Under the pieces are notes generated by a model. It had not been told where the DNA came from and ran no database searches. It saw nothing but the letters and a program-made list of their open reading frames with translations. Below are positions 11,564-21,446 of a DNA stretch of 64,000 bases, one piece after another; position 1 is the stretch's first letter, and every line of letters begins with the position of its first letter. The stretch is from assembly GCA_047285535.1 (NCBI GenBank), contig JBJBDC010000001.1, positions 1,792,136-1,856,135 of the forward strand. The letters run 5' to 3'. The translations under genes were made by a program, and so were the position numbers. The DNA is from Synechococcus sp. GTDB lineage: Bacteria > Cyanobacteriota > Cyanobacteriia > PCC-6307 > Cyanobiaceae.

Positions 11564-12820
11564 CTAAGCAGCAGAAGCTGGATCAGGTTGAGTCGAAGAA
11601 GGCAGGGTGAGATTCATGCGTTGAGCCAATGGAACCAGCGCGAAACCCTGGATAAAAAGGCCGTAGAGCACCACCGCAAGTGCATAAGGAGGCATCATTT
11701 GCCCCCAACTAATGCCAGACGACCAAGCGTCGATCGCCATTGCAATCGGCACAGCACCTCTCAAGCCCGCGCAGCTCACAAAAATCCTCTCCTGACTGGT
11801 GAAATTAGTGCGCCAAAGCAAGGCATGCACCATCACAAATCTCACCACCTGCATGATCAGGAATAAAACGAATGCCCATCCCGCGGTAGTCACTACATCT
11901 TGCGGGGCCACCACAAGCCCCATGCACAAAAACAGTAAAAGCTCGGCCATTTTGGCGTAACTGGAATGGGCCTCAGCTAAAGAGGTGCGATCAAGGCCAG
12001 GACCATTCCCGAGCACGAGTCCCGCAACATAGGCCGCTAGCAAGGGGCTTCCCCCCAGCAACAACGTTCCGCCACTGAGAACCATTAGCAAGGCCAGGCT
12101 GACGACTGGGAGCATGGAGGCATGGTTCAGACTCATACGAGTTCCAAGCAGCTGCAGGGTGAGGCTCCCTCCCAGGAATCCAAGCAAGATGCCCAGCAAA
12201 AACTGGCGAACCACATCGGTGACCAAGACTCCGGCTGCAACGCCATCACCACCGGCCAGGGCTAGCGCCAATCCAGCCAGAACCACTGCCATCGGGTCAT
12301 TGAAGCCCGACTCGCACTCGATCAAGTTGATCAGTCGCTTGGGTAATCTCCCGGCCAGGGGCCTTAGGAGGGCCAGAACTGCTGAAGCATCCGTACTCGC
12401 CACCATGGCTCCAATGAATAAAACCCTTGGGAGCAGCTCTGGGTTTTGTGGAGCACCACTGGCGGTGGCCAGTCCGAATCCTGCTAAGGCAATAAGGGCA
12501 GCCGTGATGATCACTCCAACAGTCGCCAGACGGGCTGAGGGGTTGATCACGCCACGCACCGAGGTCCAATTTGTTGTGAGGCCGCCGAAAAAAAGCACCA
12601 GCACTAGGGCTGACTGACTGATCTGATGCGCTTGATCGAGGCTTAACAGTTGGATTTGCCGTACTCCGGCAACACCCACATGATTCTCAATCAGAAGGCC
12701 CAACAGCAGCACCATAAGGATGCCTGGAACTCTGATCCGAGACGCAAAATCATCCAGAAGGACTGCAATGAGCAGCAGACCCCCAAAGGCCACCAAATAC
12801 AAGGCAAGAGGATGGGACAA
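11564..12820 (-). CDS. Cation:proton antiporter (NhaP2/CvrA-like)
   Basis: Many transmembrane segments; STDASAV, ESGFNDPMAV and GLRGAVPI motifs. Confidence 0.9.
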   Translation of the reverse strand: MSHPLALYLVAFGGLLLIAVLLDDFASRIRVPGILMVLLLGLLIENHVGVAGVRQIQLLSLDQAHQISQSALVLVLFFGGLTTNWTSVRGVINPSARLATVGVIITAALIALAGFGLATASGAPQNPELLPRVLFIGAMVASTDASAVLALLRPLAGRLPKRLINLIECESGFNDPMAVVLAGLALALAGGDGVAAGVLVTDVVRQFLLGILLGFLGGSLTLQLLGTRMSLNHASMLPVVSLALLMVLSGGTLLLGGSPLLAAYVAGLVLGNGPGLDRTSLAEAHSSYAKMAELLLFLCMGLVVAPQDVVTTAGWAFVLFLIMQVVRFVMVHALLWRTNFTSQERIFVSCAGLRGAVPIAMAIDAWSSGISWGQMMPPYALAVVLYGLFIQGFALVPLAQRMNLTLPSSTQPDPASAA

Positions 12821-12876
12821 ATATCAGCCTTGCCATTAAGAATGGTTTTAGCCTGACTTCGATTGATCGTCTCGTT

Positions 12877-13134
12877 ATGGCTGAACCATCTGCTGATCCC
12901 AAGCCAACCGCAAAACCAACGGCGGCGCTCAAGAAAGGGGCGCTTGTTCGTGTAAACCGCTCGTCTTACATGGGGAGTTTGGAGGCTTCAGCCAGTGATC
13001 CCAGACCTCCCGCCTACATTTTTGAAGGCCCGGGAGAACTGCTTCTGGTCAAAGGTGATTACGGCCAGGTGCGCTGGAGACGTCCAGTTCCAGATGTTTG
13101 GCTGAAGCTGTCTCAATTAGAGATCTACTCCTGA
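12877..13134 (+). CDS. ndhO: NAD(P)H-quinone oxidoreductase subunit O
   Basis: LKKGALVRV...[19 protein letters not shown]...PVPDVWL. Confidence 0.92.
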   Translation: MAEPSADPKPTAKPTAALKKGALVRVNRSSYMGSLEASASDPRPPAYIFEGPGELLLVKGDYGQVRWRRPVPDVWLKLSQLEIYS

Positions 13135-15203
13135 CTGTTAAGGGAGTGTTCCACAGCTTGCAAGGCCGGAGGCAGAGACTGCAGGGCCTCAGACAACCTC
13201 CAAAGCGCCCCACCAAGCACAGCAGAAAGTGCGTCCAGACCAACCAAAACAGGCTGATCTCCATGGCGTTGCCGCGCAGCAGCAGCCACAGAGGACGCTC
13301 CCCAAGGATTCCACCCTGCAAGAGTCACAACACTGCGATAGGCACTCGGCCAAGGATTGCCAGGAAGCAATGTTTCCAGAGCCGCAAACTGCTTGGCCGC
13401 TTCTGCTGGCCGATTGGCCAGAACGCCCAGGAGGGCAAGCGTCCATCGTGCTTCTGCGTCGAAGGGATTCACAGCAATCCGCTGAAGAGCCTGTTTCTTG
13501 AGCGGTGCTCGATAGAGGAAGTGTCCATCCAGCATATGTTCAACAGCGATAGAGCTAAACACAGCATCTAAACCAGCAGGTCCCTTGGACAGACCAGCGG
13601 CAAGGGCGGGAAATCGTTCCTGAAACACCACCGGCTCCACGCTTTCTCTATCGCGGCGCCACAAGGAGTAACTCCCTCCCTGCGGCCTAGGGAAGGTTTC
13701 AACCAACACAAACACTCCGCTCTCGCGAACGGCGGCATCAAGTTGTTCAGCACTGTCCCGAACTGAACCCTGCTCCCCTTCCGCCAACAACACCCACTGA
13801 GCCTGAGCAAGCACAGGCTTGACATCAGAACTGCTGCTACCCAGTTGCCTCCCGACAAGCCGGCCGCCTTGACGGCGACCGTAAAAACTCACATTGTGCT
13901 GATTCAGATCCGGTGTACTTGGCACCACAATCAAGGTTGCGGGCTGAGAACGAGGATCCACTCCCCCAGCTCGGCGCACAATTGCGTCCAGAGGACCTTC
14001 ACGGCTTTGCCTCAAGCGCATGACCTGAGTAGACCAGCTCGTGGAAATGATGTTGAAACAGCCCATCAGCAAGATCACTCCTGGCAACCAAGCGAAGCGA
14101 GCCGGACAGCACCTTTGAACCCAGAGGCCCCACTGCCAAGAGCCACGAGCCAACAAGATGAGCAGCAGTGGAAGAAGAGGGGCGATGTAGCGATCATCCT
14201 TATTCGGGCTGAGATGGGTAAAGATCCATCCGAAGACCAGACTGAGGATCAACCAACGCCAAGCGAGGCGCTCATCCTCTTTGACGTAGCGACGCTGCCA
14301 GCACCAGAGGATGACTCCACTGCCACCAACTAACAGCAAAACCCATCCAATCTGCTCTGGGAGAAGTCGGAAGTACCAAAGCCAACCGTCCAAACTCAAG
14401 ACACCTGGATCACCCTCCAGAGCCGCCGATTCGATCACAGCACGGTTGGTTCCACCCAAGGTGGTGATCCAGTTGTGTTTCAACCAGGGCAATAGGGCTG
14501 CACAGACGATTACAAAGCCCATCAGCGCTTGCCAACGGCGAACAAGCGCGCGACTCCCATGACCAAGAAGAACACTCACCAGCGCTAGCGCAAGCGCCGG
14601 GATGAGAACCAACAAAGCACTTTGTTTCACCAGTAATGCTGCTGCGACCGAGAACGCAGCCCATAGGGCCTGTCTCCAACGACCACCATGCAGGGGATGC
14701 CACCAACAGCCCAGTCGCCAAAGCGCCAAAGCGACCATGGCGGTTAGAGGAAGCTCCAGTACGTAATCAGTCCGAAGCTCCAGCAGGAGCGGAGCCATCG
14801 CAACAAAACCACTGCAAAGCAGGGCGAATCCACGTGCCCCCCTCAATGGCTGACGCAACTCCAGGGCCCAGGCTGCGACAACTAACAGCAAAAGACCATT
14901 CCATAGGCTCAAGCTCCAGGCTGCTTGGTATGGCCAATCGCCAGTGATGGCCATCACCGTGCCATTCACCAGTGAAGCGAGGGGAGGAATCTTGGGAGAA
15001 AGATCTAATAAACCGCTCCAGCCTTGCCAGCTGCCGCCAGGAAGAAGACCTAATGCACGACCATGATCGAGAGCGCTATTGAGGTAATCCGCCTGATCCC
15101 AGGCTGGCAGACCTCCATTGTGAACCCACCAAAGCCTGTCGATGATGGTTGAGAGCAGCCAAATCAAAGTCAGCAGAACCCGAAACTGCCAAGACCTCAT
15201 CAA
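13125..15203 (-). CDS. GT-C fold (ArnT/PMT, GT39-like) membrane glycosyltransferase
   Basis: [14 protein letters not shown] and NKDDRY motifs; multiple transmembrane segments. Confidence 0.75.
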   Translation of the reverse strand: MMRSWQFRVLLTLIWLLSTIIDRLWWVHNGGLPAWDQADYLNSALDHGRALGLLPGGSWQGWSGLLDLSPKIPPLASLVNGTVMAITGDWPYQAAWSLSLWNGLLLLVVAAWALELRQPLRGARGFALLCSGFVAMAPLLLELRTDYVLELPLTAMVALALWRLGCWWHPLHGGRWRQALWAAFSVAAALLVKQSALLVLIPALALALVSVLLGHGSRALVRRWQALMGFVIVCAALLPWLKHNWITTLGGTNRAVIESAALEGDPGVLSLDGWLWYFRLLPEQIGWVLLLVGGSGVILWCWQRRYVKEDERLAWRWLILSLVFGWIFTHLSPNKDDRYIAPLLPLLLILLARGSWQWGLWVQRCCPARFAWLPGVILLMGCFNIISTSWSTQVMRLRQSREGPLDAIVRRAGGVDPRSQPATLIVVPSTPDLNQHNVSFYGRRQGGRLVGRQLGSSSSDVKPVLAQAQWVLLAEGEQGSVRDSAEQLDAAVRESGVFVLVETFPRPQGGSYSLWRRDRESVEPVVFQERFPALAAGLSKGPAGLDAVFSSIAVEHMLDGHFLYRAPLKKQALQRIAVNPFDAEARWTLALLGVLANRPAEAAKQFAALETLLPGNPWPSAYRSVVTLAGWNPWGASSVAAAARQRHGDQPVLVGLDALSAVLGGALWRLSEALQSLPPALQAVEHSLNSQE

Positions 15204-15925
15204 CCGATCTCCAAGCGGCGACGTTCCTCCTGAAGACGTTTGCGCCGCTGCCTGGCTTCTCTCAACATCTCGCGACCATCGTGAAGATATCCATCCACAT
15301 AGCCCATCGTGTATCTCTCTAACTCGCCAATGGCATCGTCCACCTCCGACAGACAGTGATAGAGACTCAGCCCGAATCCTTTTGCAGAGGAAGGCGTGGA
15401 GATGGATTGGAAGAGATCTTTCACCTTGTCCATCTTGCGGCGACTCTGCTCTAAGTAATGACAGAACTCTTCCATCAGGGCGTCGTCATAAGGGTCAGCT
15501 GAAAGCTGACGCAACTGGGATGCAAAGGGATTGATCACCTGACCAAGCAAACGATCAACGGGTGTGTACACCTTCTGCAGCCAGGTTGCCAAGGCCTCAT
15601 CCTCGGCAGCTGCATGTCCAGAAGCCCGACGGGCAGCCTGGCTGGCCCGAGCATTTCTGGCTCCACGGCGGCGGGCCTCCTCCTTCTCACCTGCCATTGG
15701 AGATGCTTGTCGGTCAAAAGCACGCCTGCGATCCCGATCACCCAGCAGTTCCCAAGCTGCATTCAAAGCGAGAATTCGTTGCGCATCACCACCGGCATCA
15801 GGATGATGTTGTTTCACGAGCTGGCGATACGCCGCCTTGATTTCAGTCGTGGTGGCGCTGCGGCTCACTCCGAGGACACCATAGGGATCGCCGCCACTGG
15901 CCTCAAACTGGGAAGAGCGGCTCAA
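15200..15925 (-). CDS. DnaJ-domain protein
   Basis: DPYGVLGV...[16 protein letters not shown]-domain. Confidence 0.9.
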   Translation of the reverse strand: MSRSSQFEASGGDPYGVLGVSRSATTTEIKAAYRQLVKQHHPDAGGDAQRILALNAAWELLGDRDRRRAFDRQASPMAGEKEEARRRGARNARASQAARRASGHAAAEDEALATWLQKVYTPVDRLLGQVINPFASQLRQLSADPYDDALMEEFCHYLEQSRRKMDKVKDLFQSISTPSSAKGFGLSLYHCLSEVDDAIGELERYTMGYVDGYLHDGREMLREARQRRKRLQEERRRLEIG

Positions 15926-16890
15926 AGCTGACCATCCCGGCGCGCCGGTGGGGCCGCCGAAGCACTAAACATTGGAGTGGAGAGGTAACGCTCCCCAAAG
16001 CTGGCAAGAATCACAACAATCCGTTTTCCAGCCATCTCAGGCCTCTGGCCAAGACGAATGGCAGCAGCGACAACAGCTCCACTACTCACGCCGGAGAGCA
16101 AGCCTTCCTCCCGAGCCAAACGGCGCCCAACTTCCATCGCTTCTTGATCACTGACAGGAAGAATTTCATCAATCAAGCTCCTGTCCAAGACCGGAGGAAC
16201 AAAACCAGCCCCTATACCCTGAATCCGATGGGGGCCTGGAGCACCACCTGCCAAGACCGGGCTCGCCTCCGGTTCGACAGCAACCACTTTCAACTCAGGA
16301 TTTCGCTGCTTGAGAACCCTGGCACAACCTGTAATGGTGCCCCCCGTTCCGACCCCAGAAACGAGTGCATCAATCTCACCATCGGTATCGCTCCAGATCT
16401 CTTCAGCAGTCGTAGCGGCATGAACCGCCGGATTGGCTGGATTATCAAACTGCTGAAGGAGATAGGCCTCTGGAATTTCAGAAACGAGCTCTCTGGCCAG
16501 ATCCAACGCCCCCTGCATCCCTGCATTCCCCGGCGTGAGTTGCAGCTCAGCACCGTAGGCTCGAAGCATGGCGCGTCGCTCGGTACTCATGGTGTCCGGC
16601 ATGGTGAGGATCAAGCGGTAGCCCCGAGCTGCAGCCACCATGGCCAGAGCGATTCCAGTGTTTCCGCTTGTGGGCTCAACCAGCACTGTGCAATCAGGAG
16701 AAATGGTGCCGGCTTCTTCAGCAGCCTGAACCATCGACCCTGCAATCCGATCCTTCACTGAGGCCGTGGGATTGAAACTTTCCAGTTTTGCCACCAACTC
16801 GGCCAGACAACCACTGCGTTTGGGGAGCTGATTGAGCCGCACCAGTGGAGTACGACCCACTAAAGCAGTGATATCAGGTGCGATTGACAT
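15922..16890 (-). CDS. cysK: Cysteine synthase A
   Basis: SVKDRIA PLP lysine, [15 protein letters not shown] and HRIQGIG motifs. Confidence 0.95.
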   Translation of the reverse strand: MSIAPDITALVGRTPLVRLNQLPKRSGCLAELVAKLESFNPTASVKDRIAGSMVQAAEEAGTISPDCTVLVEPTSGNTGIALAMVAAARGYRLILTMPDTMSTERRAMLRAYGAELQLTPGNAGMQGALDLARELVSEIPEAYLLQQFDNPANPAVHAATTAEEIWSDTDGEIDALVSGVGTGGTITGCARVLKQRNPELKVVAVEPEASPVLAGGAPGPHRIQGIGAGFVPPVLDRSLIDEILPVSDQEAMEVGRRLAREEGLLSGVSSGAVVAAAIRLGQRPEMAGKRIVVILASFGERYLSTPMFSASAAPPARRDGQL

Positions 16891-17003
16891 CCTTTTATCC
16901 AATCAGATGAAGTCCAAACAGAAAAGGTCCAACCTGGAATTACAACAGAAAGAGAACATCATCAAAACCAGGATAATGGGCGACTAATTCAATTTAACCC
17001 CTC

Positions 17004-17039
17004 AAAAAAAGCTCCCGCTTGCCGAAGCAAGACAGGAGC
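17004..17039 (-). terminator. Intrinsic terminator (second of a tandem pair downstream of porin 1)
   Basis: Minus strand GCTCCTGTCTTGC-TTCG-GCAAGCGGGAGC followed by T7. Confidence 0.85.
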
Positions 17040-17055
17040 AATGATGCATCCAAAG

Positions 17056-17082
17056 AAAAAAAGATCCCTCAAAAGAGAGATC
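17056..17082 (-). terminator. Intrinsic terminator immediately downstream of porin 1
   Basis: Minus strand GATCTCTC-TTTT-GAGGGATC followed by T7. Confidence 0.75.
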
Positions 17083-17095
17083 AATGTTCAGAGGA

Positions 17096-18907
17096 TCAGA
17101 ACTTGAAGGTGGTCTTCAGGAGTCCACCGAAGTTGTTGAACTGGACGTTACGGTCACCTCTACGGTTTCCACCGAAAGCGTTGGTCGTACCGTTGGTCAG
17201 ATCGCCGTAAGGGCGGCTGAGGTAGTAGATCGCAGGAGTTACAGAAATGTTGTCTGTAACTTGGAACTGATACCACCACTCCCAGGCGTAGTTGCCGTCA
17301 GCTACGAAATCAGACAAGGAGTCTTTGAAGTCGTTGCGATAGGAGACATCGGTCACGAAGGTGGGCTGACCAACAGCCATGCCCAAGGTGTTGCCCTTCA
17401 TGAAGGCGTCAGCCCACTGAAGGCCCACGTACCAGGACTGAGTTGTAGCAGAACGGAAGAGGAAAGTATCGTCGCCATCGGTGACGCTGTTGTAACCCCA
17501 ACCAGCACTCACGCTAGGAACCCAACCAGCTTCTTCTGGGGTCCACCACGCACTCAGACCAACCGAGGATGAATTGCCGTTGTTGATGAAGGCAGCAGAC
17601 AGAGGGGTGCCGTTAAGCTCTCCGACTGATGTGGCGTTTTTGGAACTGTAGTTGTAAGCGGCAGCCAAACCCCAGTTTTCTGGTGCATAAGCAATCTGAA
17701 CAGTGCCGATGGAACCAGCACAATCAGTCGCGATACCACCAGTGCCATCGCCACAGCTATCGCGGAAGAACAGATCAACATCATTTCTACCTGGGGTAGA
17801 GAATGAACCGTTGGTGCTCACATAGTTAGCACTGATGCTGAAAGCATCAGACTGCCAAGACAAACCGGCACCTGCACCTAAACCAAGGTTGTAGGTCGCA
17901 GGAGAACCGGCGTAGGTGAAGAAGTCAAGAACAGTGTCCGCAGGATATGCACTGGGCCATACAGCCAGCATGTCGTCCTGACGAACCAAGCCACCCACAG
18001 TTGCTGTGAAGCTGCTTCCGATCGGGAACTGATAGAAGAGACGATTGACGCCAACGCTGTTAGCACCGGAAGGTTCTTGGAAAGCAGTTTCCAAACCACC
18101 CAATCCGACGTAACCACCACCACCGAAGGCTGAATCGCCGAAGTTGCCGGAACGCAGAACGGTACGGAGAAGATCCTTACCAGTGAAGCTGGTGTCTAAG
18201 AAGAGCTTCAGGTCATAGTTGAAAGTAGTTCCACCAGAGAGTGCAGCTGCTGCTCTAGCCCGCTTGGTGCCAAAGCCTCCGGACCTAAACCCGGAATTGC
18301 GTGGCAAATCTGCGAAGAAATCGAAAAGATCCCCGGGGGAAACATTTTCTAGAGCCTCAAAGTTCCTAGGCCCGTAAGCCTGGGTTCCAAAGGCGTAATC
18401 AGCAAGGCCCTGACGGGCATCACCGCCGAAGCTGTTCGCACCAATCACGAAGGTGGCTTGACCTTTCAGCTTGGTGGTGGTGGAGAACTGAGTGGCTTCC
18501 AGTTCACCAACACGGGCTTCCAGTCCGTCCACACGGCCCTTGAGGATGGCGAGTTCCTTCTCGAACTCTTTCATCAGGCGCTTGAGTTCGTCGGTCACTT
18601 CGGTGACGCGATCGAGACAGGCGTTCAACAGAGCAGCCGCTTCAAAGCGGGTCATCGCCCTGTTGCCGCGGTAGGTGCCGTTGGGGTATCCAGCGACGCA
18701 GCCGTAACGCTCGATCAGGTTGCTCAGGGCCTGATAGGCCCAATCCGTGGGGTACACATCAGAAAACTGAGTGATGCTGGTGACTTGTTCACCAGTGGCG
18801 GTGTAGTCAGATACACCGTTGATGTTGAGCTCAGTGGCGTTCGCAGCCATAGGGGCCAGAAGGCCAAGAGCTGCTGGAGCCACCAGCAGTTTGTGGAACA
18901 GTTTCAT
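17096..18907 (-). CDS. Som-type outer-membrane porin (SLH domain, coiled coil, OprB-like barrel), copy 1
   Basis: Signal peptide, FSDVYPTDWAYQAL SLH motif, QFSTTTKLKG and C-terminal TTFKF. Confidence 0.93.
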   Translation of the reverse strand: MKLFHKLLVAPAALGLLAPMAANATELNINGVSDYTATGEQVTSITQFSDVYPTDWAYQALSNLIERYGCVAGYPNGTYRGNRAMTRFEAAALLNACLDRVTEVTDELKRLMKEFEKELAILKGRVDGLEARVGELEATQFSTTTKLKGQATFVIGANSFGGDARQGLADYAFGTQAYGPRNFEALENVSPGDLFDFFADLPRNSGFRSGGFGTKRARAAAALSGGTTFNYDLKLFLDTSFTGKDLLRTVLRSGNFGDSAFGGGGYVGLGGLETAFQEPSGANSVGVNRLFYQFPIGSSFTATVGGLVRQDDMLAVWPSAYPADTVLDFFTYAGSPATYNLGLGAGAGLSWQSDAFSISANYVSTNGSFSTPGRNDVDLFFRDSCGDGTGGIATDCAGSIGTVQIAYAPENWGLAAAYNYSSKNATSVGELNGTPLSAAFINNGNSSSVGLSAWWTPEEAGWVPSVSAGWGYNSVTDGDDTFLFRSATTQSWYVGLQWADAFMKGNTLGMAVGQPTFVTDVSYRNDFKDSLSDFVADGNYAWEWWYQFQVTDNISVTPAIYYLSRPYGDLTNGTTNAFGGNRRGDRNVQFNNFGGLLKTTFKF

Positions 18908-18946
18908 TTTCGGTCCTCACACCAAAAATTTGAGGTATCGAGACGC
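18438..18946. repeat. 509-bp direct repeat, copy 1 (5' UTR and N-terminal coding region of porin 1)
   Basis: Matches 20646-21154 at offset 2208; sense and antisense translations are identical across it. Confidence 0.9.
18914..18922 (-). promoter_or_regulatory. GTGTGAGGA at the ribosome-binding site; putative Yfr1 sRNA target
   Basis: Complementary to the conserved Yfr1 loop motif UCCUCACAC; som mRNAs are described Yfr1 targets. Confidence 0.6.
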
Positions 18947-19276
18947 GTGGCGTCTTGTGTAAATTGATACACAGAGATGCAGGCGCCAACTCACTAGGTA
19001 CCAGAGGCGGCAGTGGCACAGCTCCAAGAATCCTTGCTTCATCAATCCATGAAGCAATCCAGGAAGCCCTACTCTCATTCAGGTCAGCCCCAAAAAAGAC
19101 AGCTCGCTGAGAGCTCAGGATCCAGGCAAACAGCGTGACAGCTTCTCGATTGGAACAGGAAAAAGCAGATCTGTTCTCTCAGGACTGGATGACAGCAACG
19201 CAATGGACACAACCTTTTCTTTTTTCTTTTCCAATCGCAATGATGACGACATGTCTGCACCCACAACCAGACACTC

Positions 19277-19318
19277 AAAACAAAACCCCCTGGAAGACTG
19301 TTTGTCATCCAGGGGGTT
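19277..19318 (-). terminator. Intrinsic terminator of porin 2
   Basis: AACCCCCTGGA...TCCAGGGGGTT inverted repeat followed by TTTTGTTTT on the minus strand. Confidence 0.8.
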
Positions 19319-19378
19319 AAATATTGATTCAGATCTTTTTAGTGAGCACTCGTAAAAAATACTCAGACCGGAAAGAAA

Positions 19379-21115
19379 TCAGAATCTGAAGGTGGTCTTC
19401 AGGAGTCCACCGAAGTTATTGAAGGTGACATCTGAACGATCACCACCAACGACGTTGCCGCCGCCATCAGTCAAATCACCGTAAGGACGGCTGAGATAGT
19501 AGATTGCTGGAGTCACAGAGATGTTGTCTGTGACCTGGAACATGTACCACCACTCCCAGGCGTAGTTGCCATCAGCAACGAAGTCTGACAAGCCTGCTTC
19601 TTCCGCTGCGTTTCGGTAGTCGACCCCAGTAACGAAGGTGGGTTGACCAACGGCCATGCCCATGGAGTTGCCCTTGATGAAGGCATCGGCCCACTGAAGA
19701 CCCACGTACCAGGACTGAGTATCAACAGATCTAAAAGTAGTGTCGTCGGCGTTAGTAATGCTGTTGAATCCGTATCCAGCACTAACACTTGGAATCCAGC
19801 CAGCTTGCTCTGGAGTCCACCAAGCACTCACACCGAAGGAAGAATTGTTACCCGAACCAGTAGCAAGAACAGCTAGAGGTGTTCCGTTGCCGCCGTAGAG
19901 AGTGCCAGCGTTTTGGGATGTGTAGTTGTAAGCAGCTGCCAAACCCCAATTTTCAGGAGCGTAAGCAATCTGAACGGTACCGTTCGAACCAGCGCCGTCA
20001 GTGGCGATACCACCAGCATTCGGATCTGAAAGGAAACCGTTGGTGCTCAAGTAGTTAGCACTGATGCTGAAGTTATCGGATGCCCAAGAAAGACCAGCAC
20101 CTTGGCCGAGGCCAAGATTGTAAGTAGCAGGAGCACCGGCGTAAGTGAAGAAGTCAAGAACAGTGTCCGCAGGATATGCACTAGGCCATACAGCCAGCAT
20201 GTCGTCCTGACGAACTAAACCACCAACGGTTGCCGTGAAGCTGCTGCCGACAGGGAACTGGTACCAAAGGCGATTTACAGCAACGCTATTAGCACCAGAG
20301 GGCTCCTCAAAGGCGGTTTCCAGGCCAGTCAGACCAACATATGTGCCCCCACCAAAGGAAGAATTGCCGAAATTGCCTGCACGCAGCATGGTGCGGAGAA
20401 GATCCTTACCGGTGAAGCTGGTGTCCAGGAATAAACGAAGGTCGTAATTAAATACAGTTGCTCCAGAGGTGGCCGCAGCTGCGGTTGCACGCTTGGTATC
20501 AAGATCACCGTACTTGAAAGTATTTATATCGACATTTTCGACAATGCCAAATGCATCAACAACGCCAATGGTTTCTGATTGTGTAGCTGGAGTGCCAAGG
20601 AATATGTCATCAATACCCTGCTTGGCGTCACCGCCAAACGATTGTGCACCAATCACGAAGGTGGCTTGACCTTTCAGCTTGGTGGTGGTGGAGAACTGAG
20701 TGGCTTCCAGTTCACCAACACGGGCTTCCAGTCCGTCCACACGGCCCTTGAGGATGGCGAGTTCCTTCTCGAACTCTTTCATCAGGCGCTTGAGTTCGTC
20801 GGTCACTTCGGTGACGCGATCGAGACAGGCGTTCAACAGAGCAGCCGCTTCAAAGCGGGTCATCGCCCTGTTGCCGCGGTAGGTGCCGTTGGGGTATCCA
20901 GCGACGCAGCCGTAACGCTCGATCAGGTTGCTCAGGGCCTGATAGGCCCAATCCGTGGGGTACACATCAGAAAACTGAGTGATGCTGGTGACTTGTTCAC
21001 CAGTGGCGGTGTAGTCAGATACACCGTTGATGTTGAGCTCAGTGGCGTTCGCAGCCATAGGGGCCAGAAGGCCAAGAGCTGCTGGAGCCACCAGCAGTTT
21101 GTGGAACAGTTTCAT
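19379..21115 (-). CDS. Som-type outer-membrane porin, copy 2
   Basis: Same architecture as copy 1; ends TTFRF. Confidence 0.93.
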   Translation of the reverse strand: MKLFHKLLVAPAALGLLAPMAANATELNINGVSDYTATGEQVTSITQFSDVYPTDWAYQALSNLIERYGCVAGYPNGTYRGNRAMTRFEAAALLNACLDRVTEVTDELKRLMKEFEKELAILKGRVDGLEARVGELEATQFSTTTKLKGQATFVIGAQSFGGDAKQGIDDIFLGTPATQSETIGVVDAFGIVENVDINTFKYGDLDTKRATAAAATSGATVFNYDLRLFLDTSFTGKDLLRTMLRAGNFGNSSFGGGTYVGLTGLETAFEEPSGANSVAVNRLWYQFPVGSSFTATVGGLVRQDDMLAVWPSAYPADTVLDFFTYAGAPATYNLGLGQGAGLSWASDNFSISANYLSTNGFLSDPNAGGIATDGAGSNGTVQIAYAPENWGLAAAYNYTSQNAGTLYGGNGTPLAVLATGSGNNSSFGVSAWWTPEQAGWIPSVSAGYGFNSITNADDTTFRSVDTQSWYVGLQWADAFIKGNSMGMAVGQPTFVTGVDYRNAAEEAGLSDFVADGNYAWEWWYMFQVTDNISVTPAIYYLSRPYGDLTDGGGNVVGGDRSDVTFNNFGGLLKTTFRF

Positions 21116-21154
21116 TTTCGGTCCTCACACCAAAAATTTGAGGTATCGAGACGC
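20646..21154. repeat. 509-bp direct repeat, copy 2
   Basis: Matches 18438-18946. Confidence 0.9.
21122..21130 (-). promoter_or_regulatory. Putative Yfr1 target site of porin 2
   Basis: GTGTGAGGA ending 6 nt before the ATG. Confidence 0.6.
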
Positions 21155-21347
21155 AAAGCGTCAACAAAAAAATATTTAGCTTGCCAGACAAATAGTCTTT
21201 GCCTGTGACAGAAAAGGCCGTGGGACGTATCCGATAAAACAAAATATGCCAAAAAACGTTCAGCTAGCCACCAAGATTCTCAGAATATGTATCACATAAA
21301 ACAAAATATATACGCGAGCATGGAATCGAACAAAAAGCATCAAAAAA

Positions 21348-21361
21348 GTATCACTTACTAC
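21348..21361. promoter_or_regulatory. Putative NtcA box
   Basis: aaaGTAtcacttacTAC matches GTA-N8-TAC in the AT-rich divergent spacer. Confidence 0.45.
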
Positions 21362-21446
21362 TTAATTCAAACTACGTTCATTGGAAGTCGTGACTCCACG
21401 ACCAGGTTGACCATCAATTATTGGTAAGACATCTGCCCCAAGGCCT

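Noticed and set aside
18458..18967. Antisense ORFs duplicated over both porins (also 20579-21208)
   Set aside because: These are antisense shadows of codon-biased porin genes, duplicated because of the 509-bp repeat.
19020..19280. Short ORFs between the two porins
   Set aside because: No convincing RBS or motif, and the listed ORFs overlap the terminator hairpin.
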